From an uncultured Psychrobacillus sp. (lineage in GTDB: Bacteria; Bacillota; Bacilli; Bacillales_A; Planococcaceae): DNA of 64,000 nucleotides. The translations under genes and the position numbers were made by a program. The notes below the pieces were generated by a model. It made no database searches. It saw nothing but the letters and a program-made list of their open reading frames with translations, and was not told the origin of the DNA. This document shows positions 50,109 through 58,152 of the stretch, piece after piece (the first letter of the stretch is position 1; each line of letters opens with the position of its first letter). The stretch is from contig CAKQHO010000004.1 in assembly GCA_934234185.1 (NCBI GenBank), forward strand, positions 15,576 to 79,575, written 5' to 3'.

Positions 50109-50450
50109 ATGAACACGATCAATGAACTTATACGAGTGTTAGAGGAAATGTCGATTATGTGCTTTGTTTCTAACGCTGAACTAAAGGAAGCTGACACTAA
50201 AAAGCGCAAAGAGATAGCAAAAACTTACCTAACGAAAGCTAACGATTTAGAAGCGAAATTGAAATCATTAGAACTTAACGAAAAAGACAGTCAGCACATC
50301 GGACTATTGCGAGATGCCTTCAGAAATCTTTCGAAATTCTACTCGAATATATCGAAAGGCAGAACTGTCTTAGCTTATCAAAATGGACTGATGATGCAAA
50401 AGAAAGTGGCTGACTACTCGAAAAAGAAAGGTATAGGAAAGGGCGGTTAA
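50109..50450 (+). CDS. hypothetical helical protein
   Basis: 113 aa. RBS AAAAGGAG. Immediately precedes the tape-measure gene, with a 1-nt gap. Confidence 0.6.
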   Translation: MNTINELIRVLEEMSIMCFVSNAELKEADTKKRKEIAKTYLTKANDLEAKLKSLELNEKDSQHIGLLRDAFRNLSKFYSNISKGRTVLAYQNGLMMQKKVADYSKKKGIGKGG

Positions 50451-50451
50451 A

Positions 50452-52566
50452 ATGAGTCAAGACATAGTAGTAAAAGTTGGAGCCGACGTATCCGATTTAC
50501 AAAAGAATCTATCGTCGGCAGTTTCAAAGATTCAGAGTTTAGGAAGCGATTTGTCTGCGGTAGGCAGGAGTATGGCAACTACATTCGGAGGAGCGACATT
50601 AGCCATTGGTGGAGGTTTAACATATGCGATAAAACAAGCGGCAGACTTCGATAGTCAGATGCGTAAAGCAGGAGCTATCGCGGGAGCATCAGCAAAGGAA
50701 CTCGATGCAATGCGAGATGCGGCTCTCGATTTAGGGGCAAAAACTTCTGAATCTGCTAGCAGTGTCGCGGTGGCAATGACGGAGATGGCTGCGAAGGGGT
50801 TTAATGCAAACCAAACGATCGCCGCAATGCCGGGAATTATTGCAGCTGCAGAAGCGTCAGGTGAAGATTTGGCATTATCGGCTAATACTGTTTCCTCCGC
50901 ACTTAATATATGGGGCTTAGAGGCTTCTGAAGCGAGTCGAGTTGCTGATATTTTAACTGTGACCGCGAACGAATCAGCAGCAGGAATGCAAGATATGGCT
51001 CTGGCCCTGAAGTACGCTGGCGGGCCAGCAGCGGCGTTAGGAATTTCTCTAGAAGAGTTATCGGCTTCTATTGGCCTAATTGTTGATAGTGGGATTGACG
51101 GGTCTACGGCGGGTACTGCGCTTCGTGCGTCATTATTGGCGCTTAACAATCCGGCAAAAGCACAGGCAAAGATAATGGATAATCTAGGATTCTCAATGAT
51201 TGATGCAAAAGGTAACGCTAAAGGCTTATCAAAGATGATTGCAGACTTGGCGGAATCTACTGCGCACATGTCCGAAGCGGATAAAGTCGCTACGATTGCA
51301 AAACTAGTAGGCACCGAAGCGGTATCGGGCTTTTTAGCACTTATGAAGGCAGGTCCTGACGCTATCGACGCTAATACCGAAGCGCTTCGTAATAGTGAAG
51401 GCGCGGCAAAGGAAGCATCAGACGCAATGAAAAGCGGTATCGGCGGTGCCCTTGAAAATATGATAGGCGCTTTCGAAACTTTATCAATCAAGATTGGTGA
51501 CCAATTAATCCCGTACGTTAAAACTGCAGCGGAATGGCTTGCGGCACTTGCGGACAAGTTCTCAAATTTAAGCGAGGGTACACAAAAGTTCATAGCGGTA
51601 GGAACCGCGATGGTCGGCATTTTTACAGGAGTTATAGCGGGAATAGGCGTTCTAATGATGGCGGTGGGGTCGGTTATTACAGGGTTTACCGCATTTACCG
51701 GGTTACTAGGATCGCTAGCAGGGGCGCTAGGTATTACTGGCGGAGCAAGTGGACTGCTGGGAGCCGCTTTCGGTGTCTTAACTGGACCAATCGGAATTAT
51801 AACAGCAGCAATCGCAGGGATTATCGCGGTAGTCGTATTAGCCTATAAAAATATCGATTGGTTCCGAGAGGGAGTAAATAACGCATGGGCTAAGGTGAAA
51901 GAGGCGACAAGCAAGGCATTCGAAGCAGTAAAGAAAGTCATTTCTACGATTGTAAGTTCGGTAGTCTCGGCTACTAAGGCGCAGCTAGATAAGTTCGTAG
52001 CGTTTTGGGACGAGAATGGTAAGGCGATTATAGACATCGTTAAGTTTGCCTTCGACGACATCGTTATGAAGATAAAGCTGGCGTTGGGAATTATCAAAGG
52101 CGTATTCGAGATGGTGTGGCCTCTTATAAGTGCGACGGTAAGATACGCATGGGAAACAATCAAGCTAGTCGTATCCACCGCAATCAATATCGTACTTGGA
52201 GTTATTCAGACGTTCCTGAAACTAATGCAAGGCGATTGGAAGGGCGCTTGGAATACGATTAAAGAAATACTGATTGCGATATGGGACGATATAGGCGCTT
52301 TCCTGAAAGGTATCAGTCTCGAACAGACGGGTAAGGACATCATCAACGGACTAATCAAAGGTATCGCGTCGATGGGAGGAGCTATATTAGATGCCGCAAA
52401 AGGTCTAGCGAATAGTATTCCTGCTGCAGTTAAGTCAGCCTTAAAGATACATTCTCCTATTAAAAAGTCGAGTCCAAAAACAAAGCGCAAAGCAAACCGG
52501 TTAAAAGAACTCTTAGTAAGCGCAAAAGTAGATAGTATTTCAATTAAAGAGGTGTATTCTCGTTGA
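50452..52566 (+). CDS. phage tail tape-measure protein (TP901-family core)
   Basis: 'FDSQMRKAGAIAGASAKELDAMRDAALDLGAKT', 'VADILTVTANESAAGMQDMALALKYAGGPAAALGISLEELSASIGLIVDSGIDGSTAGTALRASLLALNNP', followed by a Gly/Ala-rich hydrophobic segment. This is the classic TMP core pattern. Confidence 0.85.
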   Translation: MSQDIVVKVGADVSDLQKNLSSAVSKIQSLGSDLSAVGRSMATTFGGATLAIGGGLTYAIKQAADFDSQMRKAGAIAGASAKELDAMRDAALDLGAKTSESASSVAVAMTEMAAKGFNANQTIAAMPGIIAAAEASGEDLALSANTVSSALNIWGLEASEASRVADILTVTANESAAGMQDMALALKYAGGPAAALGISLEELSASIGLIVDSGIDGSTAGTALRASLLALNNPAKAQAKIMDNLGFSMIDAKGNAKGLSKMIADLAESTAHMSEADKVATIAKLVGTEAVSGFLALMKAGPDAIDANTEALRNSEGAAKEASDAMKSGIGGALENMIGAFETLSIKIGDQLIPYVKTAAEWLAALADKFSNLSEGTQKFIAVGTAMVGIFTGVIAGIGVLMMAVGSVITGFTAFTGLLGSLAGALGITGGASGLLGAAFGVLTGPIGIITAAIAGIIAVVVLAYKNIDWFREGVNNAWAKVKEATSKAFEAVKKVISTIVSSVVSATKAQLDKFVAFWDENGKAIIDIVKFAFDDIVMKIKLALGIIKGVFEMVWPLISATVRYAWETIKLVVSTAINIVLGVIQTFLKLMQGDWKGAWNTIKEILIAIWDDIGAFLKGISLEQTGKDIINGLIKGIASMGGAILDAAKGLANSIPAAVKSALKIHSPIKKSSPKTKRKANRLKELLVSAKVDSISIKEVYSR

Positions 52567-53207
52567 CTTTAATTTTATGTTCAAATTTAAACGGCATGAT
52601 GGTAGGAATGTCCTCAGATACAAGACAAGTAATAAGTATAGGAAATATTTTAAGCATGAGGCATGTGGATTCAGAAGGGAAAATTAAGAGACTTTCTAAT
52701 TATGTAATTTTCGGGGGTGGGGGCAAGAATTATTACGTAGACAAAATTAGAGAGCATCTAGAAAAAGAACGGTTCGATTTCCTTGATGAATATTTACCGA
52801 CTGTCGAACTTTTAATTAAAGAGGTTATGAAGGAAAGAGAGAGCCATGAATTATTCCAGTTTATTTTAAATGGATTTAATTCAGATGGAACTACTGGAAT
52901 CATAACTTTTAACGCAGAATCAGACACACAAGCAGAATATAAAGTCTTAGAGTATGGATATTTCCTAGACGAGATAATTGCTCCGTCTGATGATGAACTA
53001 TCAGCAATAGAAGGTTTCCCGATTGAATTCCCGAGTGATATAAGCACTCTCCCACAAACGGTGGTAGAAAGATTTGCGACCATACAGAAAGCTTGTAATG
53101 AGAATGATCCTGAAACAGTTTCCAATAAGTGCGTTTACTCTGTCATCATGAGAGACCCAGTTACTCTAGAGTTCAAGATATATGAAGATACTATTACATT
53201 AACCTAA
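52563..53207 (+). CDS. candidate Ntn-hydrolase of the proteasome beta / HslV type
   Basis: TTG start overlaps the TMP stop. The N-terminus '(M)TLILCSNLNGMMVGMSSDTRQ...KIKRLSNYVIFGGGG' parallels HslV 'TTIVSVRRNGHVVIAGDGQ...KKVRRLYNDKVIAGFAGG', with Thr directly after the initiator. AT-rich patch. Confidence 0.35.
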   Translation: MTLILCSNLNGMMVGMSSDTRQVISIGNILSMRHVDSEGKIKRLSNYVIFGGGGKNYYVDKIREHLEKERFDFLDEYLPTVELLIKEVMKERESHELFQFILNGFNSDGTTGIITFNAESDTQAEYKVLEYGYFLDEIIAPSDDELSAIEGFPIEFPSDISTLPQTVVERFATIQKACNENDPETVSNKCVYSVIMRDPVTLEFKIYEDTITLT

Positions 53208-53221
53208 AAGGGGATAATTAA

Positions 53222-53620
53222 ATGAAAAAATCTACAGTAGAAGCAGAAAACACTAAAAAATTCACTATTGAAGGAGAAGCCCACGAGTTAAAACTTAATT
53301 GGGAATCGATGAAGCAATTAAACAAAATGTATGGAGATGGACAGTTCCAATTGATAGGCAGTGCATTAACGGGGGATTTAGAAACTTATAGTAGAATAAT
53401 TTACGCTGGTTTAATCCATACAAATAAAGATTATACAGTCTATCAAGTTGAAGATGCTATTAACGAAGCTTTCGAAAGTGGAAAAATCACACTTTCAGAG
53501 CTGTACGACACTATTTACACTGTATTACTAGATAATCCGTTCTATAAAGCTACAGTCGATAAGATGATCGGTAAGAGTTCGGAAGTAAAAGAGGCACTTG
53601 AAATGGTGCGAGGTAGATAA
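53222..53620 (+). CDS. phage tail assembly chaperone-like protein
   Basis: 'FTIEGEAHELKLNWESMKQLNKMYG...GSALTGDLETYSRIIYAGLIHT...TVYQVEDAI...LSELYDTIYTVLLDN' follows the pattern I associate with siphovirus gpG-type chaperones. Unusually, it lies downstream of the TMP. Confidence 0.45.
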   Translation: MKKSTVEAENTKKFTIEGEAHELKLNWESMKQLNKMYGDGQFQLIGSALTGDLETYSRIIYAGLIHTNKDYTVYQVEDAINEAFESGKITLSELYDTIYTVLLDNPFYKATVDKMIGKSSEVKEALEMVRGR

Positions 53621-53630
53621 AGAAAAGATG

Positions 53631-53665
53631 AAGCCCTTTGCGAGAAATCGCGGGGCTTTTCATTT
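53631..53665 (+). terminator. rho-independent terminator candidate closing the AT-rich insert
   Basis: AAGCCC...GCGA-GAAA-TCGC...GGGCTT interrupted stem with a GNRA loop, followed by TTTTCATTTTT. Confidence 0.5.
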
Positions 53666-53687
53666 TTATAAGACAAGGGGGAAGCGT

Positions 53688-54002
53688 ATGGGACGAAAAT
53701 TAGAAATAAGACAGGACTTGCAGCGCCACGGACCTGGTGCTTTCAGCGTTATCGTAAGTGTGACAGAAGGTGAAGTGGAGCTATCGAAAGAGTTTACGTA
53801 TTACAAGACAAATAAGATTTTTCCACTCTATAAGTCGCTTATAGCAACTTTACGGAACTATCGAGATGTAGATGTGATGCTTCATACGGATTTTCCGCGC
53901 TTATCTAGAGAGATTAAAAATATCGAGAAAGCAGAGCGTCCATTATCGATAATGCTTCTTGAATTGCTTACTGACAACAACATAAATATCGAAGTTAAAT
54001 AA
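53688..54002 (+). CDS. hypothetical protein
   Basis: ATG at 53688 follows AAGGGGGAAG. 104 aa. Confidence 0.55.
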   Translation: MGRKLEIRQDLQRHGPGAFSVIVSVTEGEVELSKEFTYYKTNKIFPLYKSLIATLRNYRDVDVMLHTDFPRLSREIKNIEKAERPLSIMLLELLTDNNINIEVK

Positions 54003-54026
54003 ACGCACACAGAAGGAGAATGACAA

Positions 54027-54140
54027 ATGATAAATGAAGAGTTAAGCAGACAAGCGGAGATGTTACTTGTAGAAATCAACCTTATAAACGAAGAAACTTC
54101 GGCAACTCTCGAGAGAATCGAGGCTTCGGCTTATGAGTAA
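54027..54140 (+). CDS. 37-aa hypothetical protein
   Basis: Not in the ORF track. ATG follows AGAAGGAGAA. Its stop overlaps the HNH gene start. Confidence 0.4.
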   Translation: MINEELSRQAEMLLVEINLINEETSATLERIEASAYE

Positions 54141-54651
54141 AAAGATATGTAGTATTTGTAATGAAATGAAGCCATTAGAAATATTCGAAAAGGACAACAG
54201 GAATAAAAGTAAGTTAGGGGCTAGGTGCCGTCCTTGTAAAAACAACATAGAAAGCAACGCTAAGTCGTATCATTCTTTTTGGAATCTCTCACTCAAAAAA
54301 GGGGTTCCGGTAGAAGTTGAAAAAGCGGATATAAAGATACTTTTTGAGGTTTTTGAGAATACGTGTATCTATTGTGGTAAAAGCGAAGAAGAGGCAGGCA
54401 CTATGCATCTGGAACATATTGTGCCAGTGGTTGCAGGAGGTCGCTCTCATATTTCTAATTTAGTAGTATCTTGTAAGGGATGCAATATGAAAAAAGGAAA
54501 AAAGAGTGTCTTAGAATTTTACCGCTCGCACCAACCGTTCGACGGGCGTCGCCTTGATTACATTTTTAAACACGTTGCTTATTTTTCGAATAGGGATCCC
54601 GAAGAAGTTGCTCGAGAATATTACGGTGCGGCTAAGAAGGAGGTTGGTTAA
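54133..54651 (+). CDS. HNH endonuclease with N-terminal zinc-ribbon
   Basis: 'CIYCGKSEEEAGTMHLEHIVPVVAGGRSHISNLVVSCKGCNMKKG' HNH core. N-terminal 'CSICNE...CRPCK'. Confidence 0.85.
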   Translation: MSKKICSICNEMKPLEIFEKDNRNKSKLGARCRPCKNNIESNAKSYHSFWNLSLKKGVPVEVEKADIKILFEVFENTCIYCGKSEEEAGTMHLEHIVPVVAGGRSHISNLVVSCKGCNMKKGKKSVLEFYRSHQPFDGRRLDYIFKHVAYFSNRDPEEVAREYYGAAKKEVG

Positions 54652-54800
54652 TGCGAAAAGTAGAACGAGGCGTCACTATCGTCGAAGTCGAAGGCGGCTT
54701 TCCGATGACCGTTTATAAGCTTCGGAAGATGTCGTTAGAAGCGATAAAACGATATGGACTGGAAAAGTACGTAAGGGTGAGTGATAAGGATGACGCATAA
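54651..54800 (+). CDS. 49-aa hypothetical protein
   Basis: Not in the ORF track. TAATG overlap with the HNH stop. RBS AAGAAGGAGG upstream. Confidence 0.45.
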   Translation: MRKVERGVTIVEVEGGFPMTVYKLRKMSLEAIKRYGLEKYVRVSDKDDA

Positions 54801-55161
54801 TCGGAAAATAACGAAGTATATCGAGAATCACTGCGCTAATTATGCCGGGGGCGGTCTTTGTCACCTTGCTACGTCGGAAAACGGCTCTCGACTATGCCCA
54901 TTCTTCTACGACTTGGGGCGTAAATGCAAATACGCAGAGCAATCCGTACTACCTGGCGATTATTCGATACTAGCGCTATACAATATGAACAACAAGGGAA
55001 CTACTTCTGCCGACTACTGCGAACGATGCAAAGAGCCATTTGAGCGGTCGAGTCCTCGCCAAATACGTTGTAAATCATGCACTGAAATCGTGCGTAGGAA
55101 TAATCGGAGATATTATAACGCTAACTACCGCAATAAGACGGTTAATAAAAGTACATTTTAG
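54790..55161 (+). CDS. cysteine-rich protein ('Cys-rich VLP'-like)
   Basis: 'HCANYAGGGLCHL...CPFFYDLGRKCKYAEQSVLPGD' contains the VLP motif. C-terminal zinc ribbon 'YCERCKEPF...IRCKSC'. Confidence 0.5.
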   Translation: MTHNRKITKYIENHCANYAGGGLCHLATSENGSRLCPFFYDLGRKCKYAEQSVLPGDYSILALYNMNNKGTTSADYCERCKEPFERSSPRQIRCKSCTEIVRRNNRRYYNANYRNKTVNKSTF

Positions 55162-55282
55162 AAGCTGAACAGCTCGTATTTGGCTAGTTTTAACGTATAT
55201 ATACGGGATAAAAAGAAGTCAGGTGTATTTCTAAGGGGATACGCTTATTTGTCGTCAAAATGTACTTGCGGGAGTGGTGACA

Positions 55283-55543
55283 ATGTACAAAGTGAAGATA
55301 AAAAGAACAAAGGAAGAGACGAAGCTGAACGTTAAAACTAGTGTCCCGGACGAAAAGCCGTTCATATTCAAGTCATTGAGTCCGACGATAACGCGTGAAC
55401 ATATACGACTGATACTTCCGAGGATGATTGATTGTGAACGGGACAAGCGTAATAGGAAAGCGTATCGGAAAGAGGAACTTACGAAACTACGTGAAGAGAA
55501 AGCAGCTAAGGCAGAGCGTTTTAAGGAGGTGCCGAATGAGTAA
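55283..55543 (+). CDS. hypothetical basic protein
   Basis: ATG at 55283 lies 5 nt after GGGAGTGG. 86 aa, Lys/Arg/Glu-rich. Confidence 0.5.
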   Translation: MYKVKIKRTKEETKLNVKTSVPDEKPFIFKSLSPTITREHIRLILPRMIDCERDKRNRKAYRKEELTKLREEKAAKAERFKEVPNE

Positions 55544-55670
55544 ATTTAAAAAACGAGATGAGCGCGACAGTAAGATGCGTAAAAAACGAGTAGTATCGGT
55601 CAATAAAAACGGTATTAAAGCCGAAGGTCAACGTCCATCAAAACCGGTATATACTCGCGAAAATGAATGA
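55536..55670 (+). CDS. 44-aa highly basic protein
   Basis: ATG follows AAGGAGGTGCCGA and overlaps the upstream stop. 'MSKFKKRDERDSKMRKKRVVSVNKNG...'. Confidence 0.45.
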   Translation: MSKFKKRDERDSKMRKKRVVSVNKNGIKAEGQRPSKPVYTRENE

Positions 55671-55687
55671 GAATGGGAGTATGATAA

Positions 55688-56089
55688 ATGCCTAGACAAC
55701 GACCGATTGAGCGATATGTGCCAAAGCCTGCTAGGCAAACGATAAGTAGGTTGCGGCGTTATGAATTAGAAGAACAATTTAAAGCGGCAGACAAAAAAAC
55801 TTACCTTGAAGGAGAGAAAATAATTATGAATAAATGGGCTGGAGTTAAAGAAATGGTGAAAAGTCAGGTACAAAAACATTTTAATACAGAGGAAGAATTA
55901 CAACAATTCCTAAAAGAAAACCCGCAGTATACGATAAATCAAAGATTCGGATTTTATACAAAGATGATAAATGTAGTGCTTTATGAAAGAGGTTACGCAT
56001 TTACAAAGCAAAACGAGATCGGCTACCGAGTGCCTACACGCTGGCTTACTGCGGAGGAAGTCGAAGAATACCTGAAGGAAACCGCTTAA
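55688..56089 (+). CDS. hypothetical protein (paralog A)
   Basis: 133 aa. The C-terminus 'VVLYERGYAFTKQNEIGYRVPTRWLTAEEVEEYLKE' resembles the C-terminus of the next gene. Confidence 0.6.
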   Translation: MPRQRPIERYVPKPARQTISRLRRYELEEQFKAADKKTYLEGEKIIMNKWAGVKEMVKSQVQKHFNTEEELQQFLKENPQYTINQRFGFYTKMINVVLYERGYAFTKQNEIGYRVPTRWLTAEEVEEYLKETA

Positions 56090-56093
56090 TAAC

Positions 56094-56405
56094 ATGATTA
56101 TCGAATATCACGAGTGCTGGCCTGTTCGTAAAATGGTCCGCAGGCAGGAGTATCGGTCGTTCTCTAATCGGGACGACCTTTCGTTATGCCTTCATACGTG
56201 CGACTACGATAACCATTGCGTGCTAGAAGAATCTGCGGAGGCTATAACGGTAATACTATACGACTATAGCTACGCATTGACTTCGCACGACCGATTCGGA
56301 GAGCGATATGTCATACGCTGGCTATCCGAAGAAGAGAGCGAGAGATACCTCGCGGATAATACGTATCATCCATATAAAAACGCAAGGAATGACGAAAATG
56401 ACTAA
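56094..56405 (+). CDS. hypothetical protein (paralog B)
   Basis: 103 aa. C-terminus 'VILYDYSYALTSHDRFGERYVIRWLSEEESERYLAD'. Confidence 0.55.
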   Translation: MIIEYHECWPVRKMVRRQEYRSFSNRDDLSLCLHTCDYDNHCVLEESAEAITVILYDYSYALTSHDRFGERYVIRWLSEEESERYLADNTYHPYKNARNDEND

Positions 56406-56568
56406 ATTAAACGTTTACTATAACGCAGTTACACACGCTATTAATATCGATCGTGGCTCGCAGATAACCGAAATAAAGATGCCGAAAGACGTTACTGCGA
56501 TAGAAGTTACAAGAATGATAACGTCAGAGGCGTTCAAGCCGACTATCGACGGAATTATACTAAAATAA
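56398..56568 (+). CDS. 56-aa hypothetical protein
   Basis: ATG at 56398 lies 9 nt after AAGGA and overlaps the upstream stop. Confidence 0.45.
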   Translation: MTKLNVYYNAVTHAINIDRGSQITEIKMPKDVTAIEVTRMITSEAFKPTIDGIILK

Positions 56569-56581
56569 CGGGGGAATAACG

Positions 56582-57157
56582 ATGACTAACTTACAAACAT
56601 TCGAGAAACAAATTAACGGAGACATTCAACGCTATAGAACTGCAGTAAACTTCGCTACTGGTACAGAGGAAGAGAAAGCGGCAAAGCAAGCGGAAGCATT
56701 CGCGGAACTAGAAAGCAAAGTAACCGCTACACGCGAGGATTACGAGCAATATCGTACTGGTGAGATTGAGCGCACTGAAAAAGAAAGACACTTGTTTAGG
56801 CATCCTGAATTAAAGCACCAAGATTCAAAAGTTGCGAAATCAATTGCGGATAAGTTCTACGTAGAATTGATCGCTGCAGAAGACGCGCAAGCACAGAACA
56901 ACGTATTAAGGGAGCTAGAAGATACGCTGAAATACTTCGAAGATGGCGCTAAATTCGCTTTCTACGAGCATATTCCGATGATTAACTCGCTATTAGTCGA
57001 TAAGGCAGCGTCTAAGGGCGCATTGCAAGCGGTAATTGCCGAGATGAAGGATTATGTGAATCCGTATGAAGTTTGGCATAAAGAAGCGCAAGAGCTACCG
57101 ACTGTTATCGGTGAGGACTTCGATACGATTAAGGCTGAACTTGAACAGGGGGAATAG
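56582..57157 (+). CDS. hypothetical acidic helical protein
   Basis: 191 aa. RBS GGGGGAA. Coiled-coil-like, so a scaffold-like function is possible but unsupported. Confidence 0.6.
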   Translation: MTNLQTFEKQINGDIQRYRTAVNFATGTEEEKAAKQAEAFAELESKVTATREDYEQYRTGEIERTEKERHLFRHPELKHQDSKVAKSIADKFYVELIAAEDAQAQNNVLRELEDTLKYFEDGAKFAFYEHIPMINSLLVDKAASKGALQAVIAEMKDYVNPYEVWHKEAQELPTVIGEDFDTIKAELEQGE

Positions 57158-57159
57158 TT

Positions 57160-57561
57160 ATGCGTCCTACCCGAAGATATAAGGAATATAGCGATAAATT
57201 CTCAACTGAAGAAGGTAAAACCCGGCGCAATGACATTCTTGCGTCGGAATACCCTCAATATACCCACGGCGGCGTTACATTAGACGCTAGTAAATTTCCC
57301 GTTGGCTATAACGATAGTGGGCATCTAATCGCAAGGAATATAAATACCGGAAAATATGAGCCGTATACGGAAACGATACCAGGGAAATTAACCTCAAAAT
57401 ACGATAATTTCGGTATATTGAACGAAGGATTTAATAACGATGGAGTGAACGATTTAGTATCGGGTCTAGCGGTAATAGAAGGTAGCGTGTATCTTCATAC
57501 TCTGCCGTCAAAACCAACGGAAGCATTTAGACGAGCTACTCCGAAAATACATTACGTATAA
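57160..57561 (+). CDS. hypothetical protein
   Basis: 133 aa. RBS AGGGGGAA. 2-nt gap from the upstream gene. Confidence 0.6.
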   Translation: MRPTRRYKEYSDKFSTEEGKTRRNDILASEYPQYTHGGVTLDASKFPVGYNDSGHLIARNINTGKYEPYTETIPGKLTSKYDNFGILNEGFNNDGVNDLVSGLAVIEGSVYLHTLPSKPTEAFRRATPKIHYV

Positions 57562-57578
57562 AATAGGGAGGAAACGCT

Positions 57579-57902
57579 ATGTACAAAGAATATCGCATCA
57601 AAGTCGAGAAGGATATTCACGGCAGAACTTCGGTTACTGGACGTCCGCAGATGCCAGGATTCCGCTATACAGTGACGGCTGAAACCGATACTAGTGTCGA
57701 GAAATTGACGTCAGTAACGAATAAGCCGCTATACGAGGCACTAGACGAGGCACTATCGATCCTGCTAATGTTACTGGCGCAACGTGACGAGCAGGCAATT
57801 GTTAAAGTCGTTCATTATACCGTACCTGTAAGCGATGGGCTTAAACGGATGCTAGCGGATAAGTACGCCAGCGAATCGCAATTCGTAAATCTGATACTAT
57901 AA
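57579..57902 (+). CDS. hypothetical protein
   Basis: 107 aa. RBS TAGGGAGGAAA. Last gene of the long rightward operon. Confidence 0.6.
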   Translation: MYKEYRIKVEKDIHGRTSVTGRPQMPGFRYTVTAETDTSVEKLTSVTNKPLYEALDEALSILLMLLAQRDEQAIVKVVHYTVPVSDGLKRMLADKYASESQFVNLIL

Positions 57903-58152
57903 ACGGCGCTCTACTTCTTAAACGGAGGTAGGGCGTCTCTTTTTTTGCTGATTTTCGGTGATAATAACTAATATATGTAATTACGTAGAGATACGTAGAA
58001 TAGAGCGCTAGAGTCCGATTGACTTGCAACGGTAAAACACGGTCAAACTCCGATTGAAAATAGCGCAATGACGTATGCATTTTAACGTAGATATAACATT
58101 AAATAAATACGCGCTTGCACAGTCGAAACATTGCACGCATAGGACACGTTCA

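Noticed and set aside
50655-51620. 321-aa antisense ORF inside the tape-measure gene (also 51534-51848 and 51843-52187).
   Set aside because: This is the Ala/Ser-rich mirror frame of a GC-rich, Ala/Gly-rich gene. It has no RBS, and the sense frame carries unmistakable TMP motifs.
53598-53687. Programmed -1 frameshift extension of the chaperone-like gene (gpG/gpGT style) into ORF 53598-54002.
   Set aside because: The downstream frame is +1 (not -1) relative to the chaperone frame, and I saw no slippery heptamer. A terminator-like hairpin (53631-53665) and an independent RBS and ATG at 53688 separate the two genes.
56582-57561. Calling the 191-aa and 133-aa proteins scaffold and capsid-decoration proteins.
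   Set aside because: The idea rests only on vague compositional impressions (an acidic coiled coil; a 'GVTLDASKF' segment). I recognise no motif, so they are left as hypothetical.
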